Below, piece after piece: positions 61,387 through 64,000 of a DNA stretch of 64,000 nucleotides. The stretch comes from Myxococcales bacterium. Lineage in GTDB: Bacteria; Myxococcota_A; Bradymonadia; UBA7976; UBA1532. Where the stretch lies: assembly GCA_009692505.1 (NCBI GenBank), contig SHZC01000006.1, positions 1,583 through 65,582 of the forward strand. Reading direction: 5' to 3'. A program made the position numbers and the translations under genes. Under the pieces are notes generated by a model. It saw only the letters and a list, made by a program, of their open reading frames with translations, was not told where the DNA came from and made no database searches. How positions within the stretch are numbered: position 1 is the first letter of the stretch; every line of letters begins with the position of its first letter.

Positions 61387-62712
61387 TCAGAATCGCGCGC
61401 GGACCCCCGCTGTCGTCGAGACCACGGTGTCCGTCTCGCGGGCCGCGCTATACGTCGAAGGGTCTACGCCGGCCTCGACATGGGCATGCGTCGAGGCACC
61501 CCGGAACTCGTGCTTCATGCGGAGGAGCCCAGCGGAGACGACGAGGGAGAGAGGGCCGTCGAGCCGATAGCCGAGACCGCCTCTGACCTCCAGGCCACCC
61601 GCGGACTCAAGGTCGCCGGAGTCCTTCGGGCTCTGAGTGACGAAGAGAGGCAGGACGTAACCGCCGCTGCCGAAGACCTCGAACCGCTCGGCAATCGTGG
61701 CCTCCGCGATCAGCCCGGCGGCGAGGCCGACGGTGTGGGTGGTCAGGAAGAGAGGGAACGGTTCGGCCGCTTGGAAGCTCTGTCGAAGGTACCGACCGCC
61801 CATGTAGACCCCTGCGAAACCGAGACCAAAGCCCACGTCGAAGGGGGATCGCCCGATGGCATCGAGAGCGGCGGACTGCGCGTCGACGGCCAGCTTCAAG
61901 GGTGACTGGATGCCGAACTCAGCGTTCTTCGGGATGCTCGCGCTCGAAAGAAAGACGCCCTCGAAGGCCGCGCGGACGGCGAGGTGCTCGTGGGCCTCGA
62001 GGCGGCCCTCGACCGCGACGGCGAGGCCTGCTGGATTCACCTCGGACGACTTCAAGGGTGAGCGGCGATCGATGTTGGAGTCGAAGACTCGGCCGACGCT
62101 GCCGTAGCCGAGCCCGGCCCTCAAGATCAGCGTCTCGCCGTCTCCCTGTGGCGTGACATCCGAGACTTCTTCGGGGGGGGATTCTCTACCGCCCTTGGCT
62201 CCCTCGCCGCTGCCCGCCGGCTGACCATCGAGGCCGACGCGGCGCCCATCGGCGTCGTAGGTATAGTTGGACTCGCGGCGGTCTCGACCTACGTCGCCCG
62301 GCTTCCGGTCGCCCGCCCCCCGACCGATGAGCTTGATGTGTCGAGCGCGCAGCCAACCGCGCACCCCGCCCGCTTCGACCTCGATCCAATCTCCCCCGTC
62401 GTTGCGGCGTCGGACGTCGACCGCGTCGCCCGCGAAGAGCTTGCCGCGCACGACATAAGCCGCCCCGGGCCCACCCCTCACCTCGACGGAATCGGGCAGG
62501 ATGGAGGCGCGCCGACTGCCCGGCGGCAGCTCAGCGGTCGTCAGGCTCTCGAGGGTCAGCTCGCTCGTCGGCGGCACCTCCGACTCCAGGTCCGGGCTCG
62601 TCGGCGGCACCTCGGGCTCGAGGAGCGCGTCGTCAGCCTCCTCTTGGGCGAGCGCGGGGCGGGGAGCGACGGCGTAGAGTCCGAGGGCAAAAAAGACAAG
62701 ATGCTTGACCAT
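61387..62712 (-). CDS. Secreted protein with bacterial SH3 domain and C-terminal outer-membrane beta-barrel-like domain
   Basis: Signal peptide MVKHLVFFALGLYAVAPRPALA; SH3b-like AAYVVRGKLFAGDAVDVRRRNDGGDWIEVEAGGVRGWLRARHI; alternating hydrophobic strands ending in a C-terminal Phe. Confidence 0.55.
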   Translation of the reverse strand: MVKHLVFFALGLYAVAPRPALAQEEADDALLEPEVPPTSPDLESEVPPTSELTLESLTTAELPPGSRRASILPDSVEVRGGPGAAYVVRGKLFAGDAVDVRRRNDGGDWIEVEAGGVRGWLRARHIKLIGRGAGDRKPGDVGRDRRESNYTYDADGRRVGLDGQPAGSGEGAKGGRESPPEEVSDVTPQGDGETLILRAGLGYGSVGRVFDSNIDRRSPLKSSEVNPAGLAVAVEGRLEAHEHLAVRAAFEGVFLSSASIPKNAEFGIQSPLKLAVDAQSAALDAIGRSPFDVGFGLGFAGVYMGGRYLRQSFQAAEPFPLFLTTHTVGLAAGLIAEATIAERFEVFGSGGYVLPLFVTQSPKDSGDLESAGGLEVRGGLGYRLDGPLSLVVSAGLLRMKHEFRGASTHAHVEAGVDPSTYSAARETDTVVSTTAGVRARF

Positions 62713-63977
62713 TAGGAAGGCGGCCTTTCGTCGAAGGCCTCCAATCTTGAAGGCCCAGCGAGCGCCGCGAGCATCGCCTCGGCTTCGGCGCGGCGAACGC
62801 CATCGAGTCGAATCCGGGCACCCTCTCCGCCATCAAGCACCAGCTGCGACCGCCCACGCAATCGCCCCGAGATCCGGAAGATGAGGAGGTCTACGACCAG
62901 CCCCACGAGGAAGACGCCCGCAGCGGCGAGAAAGAACGGCCAATAGCCCGAGTGGAGCCCGTCAAGGGTCCACAGAACGCTGAGAAACGTCGCCCCCATG
63001 GCCGAGGCGAGCCCTACGAGCAGCGAGGCGACGCCGTGCCGTCGATCAAGGCGCGCGGCCACCGCAGACAGGGGGATGGCCACGGTTCGCTGAGATACGG
63101 ACCGCCCGAGGAGGCGCAGGGACTCATCGTAGACGAGCCCCTGACGGGTGAGGCGCAGGTGCCCGTGCCGATGTAGGCCCAATAGGACCGCGCCAAAGGC
63201 CACGAAGAGACGCTCCGCCAAGGCCCATCCCGTCAGGCGGGAGATGAGGCGCTGCAGGGGCGTGCCGAGGCGGACCGCCCGACCGCTCACCTCAAACGAT
63301 GGGGAGCTCGGCTCGTCGTCGCTGCTGTCGTGCTCGAGCGACGCGCCTTCTGGGGCCTCGTTGGGTTGGACTTCTGGCTGGACTGGGGTGGGGACTTGGA
63401 ACTCCGTGAAGACCACGGCGCCCTGGCCGAGCAGATCGGCGTCGGTGAAGGGATCGAGGATGCCTACAAGCACGAGGCGACCGGCTGGCGACGGCCCGCT
63501 CGAGATGAGCGCGCGAGCGACGGCCCGCCGGTCAGCGCGGGGGGCTTTGGCAAACAGAGTCGCCCATCGCATCAAGGCTCCGTGCGGCACGATGCCCGCC
63601 ACCTCTTGCTCGCGTCCGAGGCCCAGTACGGTGCCGCCCACCAGATCCCAGACCATCTGCCGCTCGGTGGCGTCGAGCACGATGAGGTTCGCCAGGACAC
63701 GGACGCCAAAGGCTCCGACGAGGAAGTCGAGCGTCTCGCGTAGGCCCTGCAGGAGCCGCTGACGTCGGTGGCCGAGCGAATTCTTGAGCCGTCCCCGCAG
63801 GCCGAGGGCGAAGTAGAAGCACAGGATCTCACGGTCCTCCGGGCCCTTCGGACCGTGGGCGGCGATGGCGACGAGGTTGCCGCAGATCGTGTCGCAGTCC
63901 TCAGCCCGCAGCGAGAGCTCCGCCAGACGTCGGCGGACGACGAGCTCGCCCAAGGCTAGACTTTGCGTGCTCGCCAT
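62712..63977 (-). CDS. Hypothetical membrane protein
   Basis: TM helices in the N-terminal part; its stop overlaps the start of the SH3-OMP gene (TAATG), suggesting an operon. Confidence 0.45.
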   Translation of the reverse strand: MASTQSLALGELVVRRRLAELSLRAEDCDTICGNLVAIAAHGPKGPEDREILCFYFALGLRGRLKNSLGHRRQRLLQGLRETLDFLVGAFGVRVLANLIVLDATERQMVWDLVGGTVLGLGREQEVAGIVPHGALMRWATLFAKAPRADRRAVARALISSGPSPAGRLVLVGILDPFTDADLLGQGAVVFTEFQVPTPVQPEVQPNEAPEGASLEHDSSDDEPSSPSFEVSGRAVRLGTPLQRLISRLTGWALAERLFVAFGAVLLGLHRHGHLRLTRQGLVYDESLRLLGRSVSQRTVAIPLSAVAARLDRRHGVASLLVGLASAMGATFLSVLWTLDGLHSGYWPFFLAAAGVFLVGLVVDLLIFRISGRLRGRSQLVLDGGEGARIRLDGVRRAEAEAMLAALAGPSRLEAFDERPPS

Positions 63978-64000
63978 ATCCTGAAGCAGCAGCCAGACGA

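Overview
This is a 64 kb, high-GC (roughly 68-70%) chromosomal segment that is densely coding on both strands, with no transposase, integrase, phage or CRISPR signatures. Two proteins carry MYXO-CTERM sorting tails and several carry Myxococcus-type cysteine-rich repeats, and CdnL (the CarD N-terminal-like regulator) is present. Together these point to a Myxococcota-like organism. Recognisable housekeeping genes are secA, translationally coupled to argJ, plus hisS, an S1-domain (rpsA-like) protein, a DinG-family helicase, cdnL, sfsA, bcp, a POT peptide transporter, an amino-acid ABC transporter with a MarR regulator, and prkA-yeaH-spoVR with a PP2C phosphatase. Between them lie many secreted proteins and lipoproteins rich in TPR, Gly-rich and Cys-rich segments. 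The ORF track misses an intact selenocysteine tRNA (anticodon UCA) at 7513..7607. selB lies 17 kb away. selB is start/stop-overlapped with a Methyltransf_32-family methyltransferase and converges on a thiopurine/selenium methyltransferase (TPMT). Other notable items are a stand-alone flagellin gene beside an orphan N6-adenine DNA methyltransferase-bcp operon, a 1081-aa TPR-dynamin-like GTPase fusion coupled to a Cys-rich lipoprotein, and a lipoprotein gene with a perfect 24-nt tandem array next to a recently duplicated 165-aa Cys-rich module. A small gene near 57.8 kb has a frame conflict. Most remaining long ORFs in the six-frame track are antisense shadows typical of high-GC DNA.
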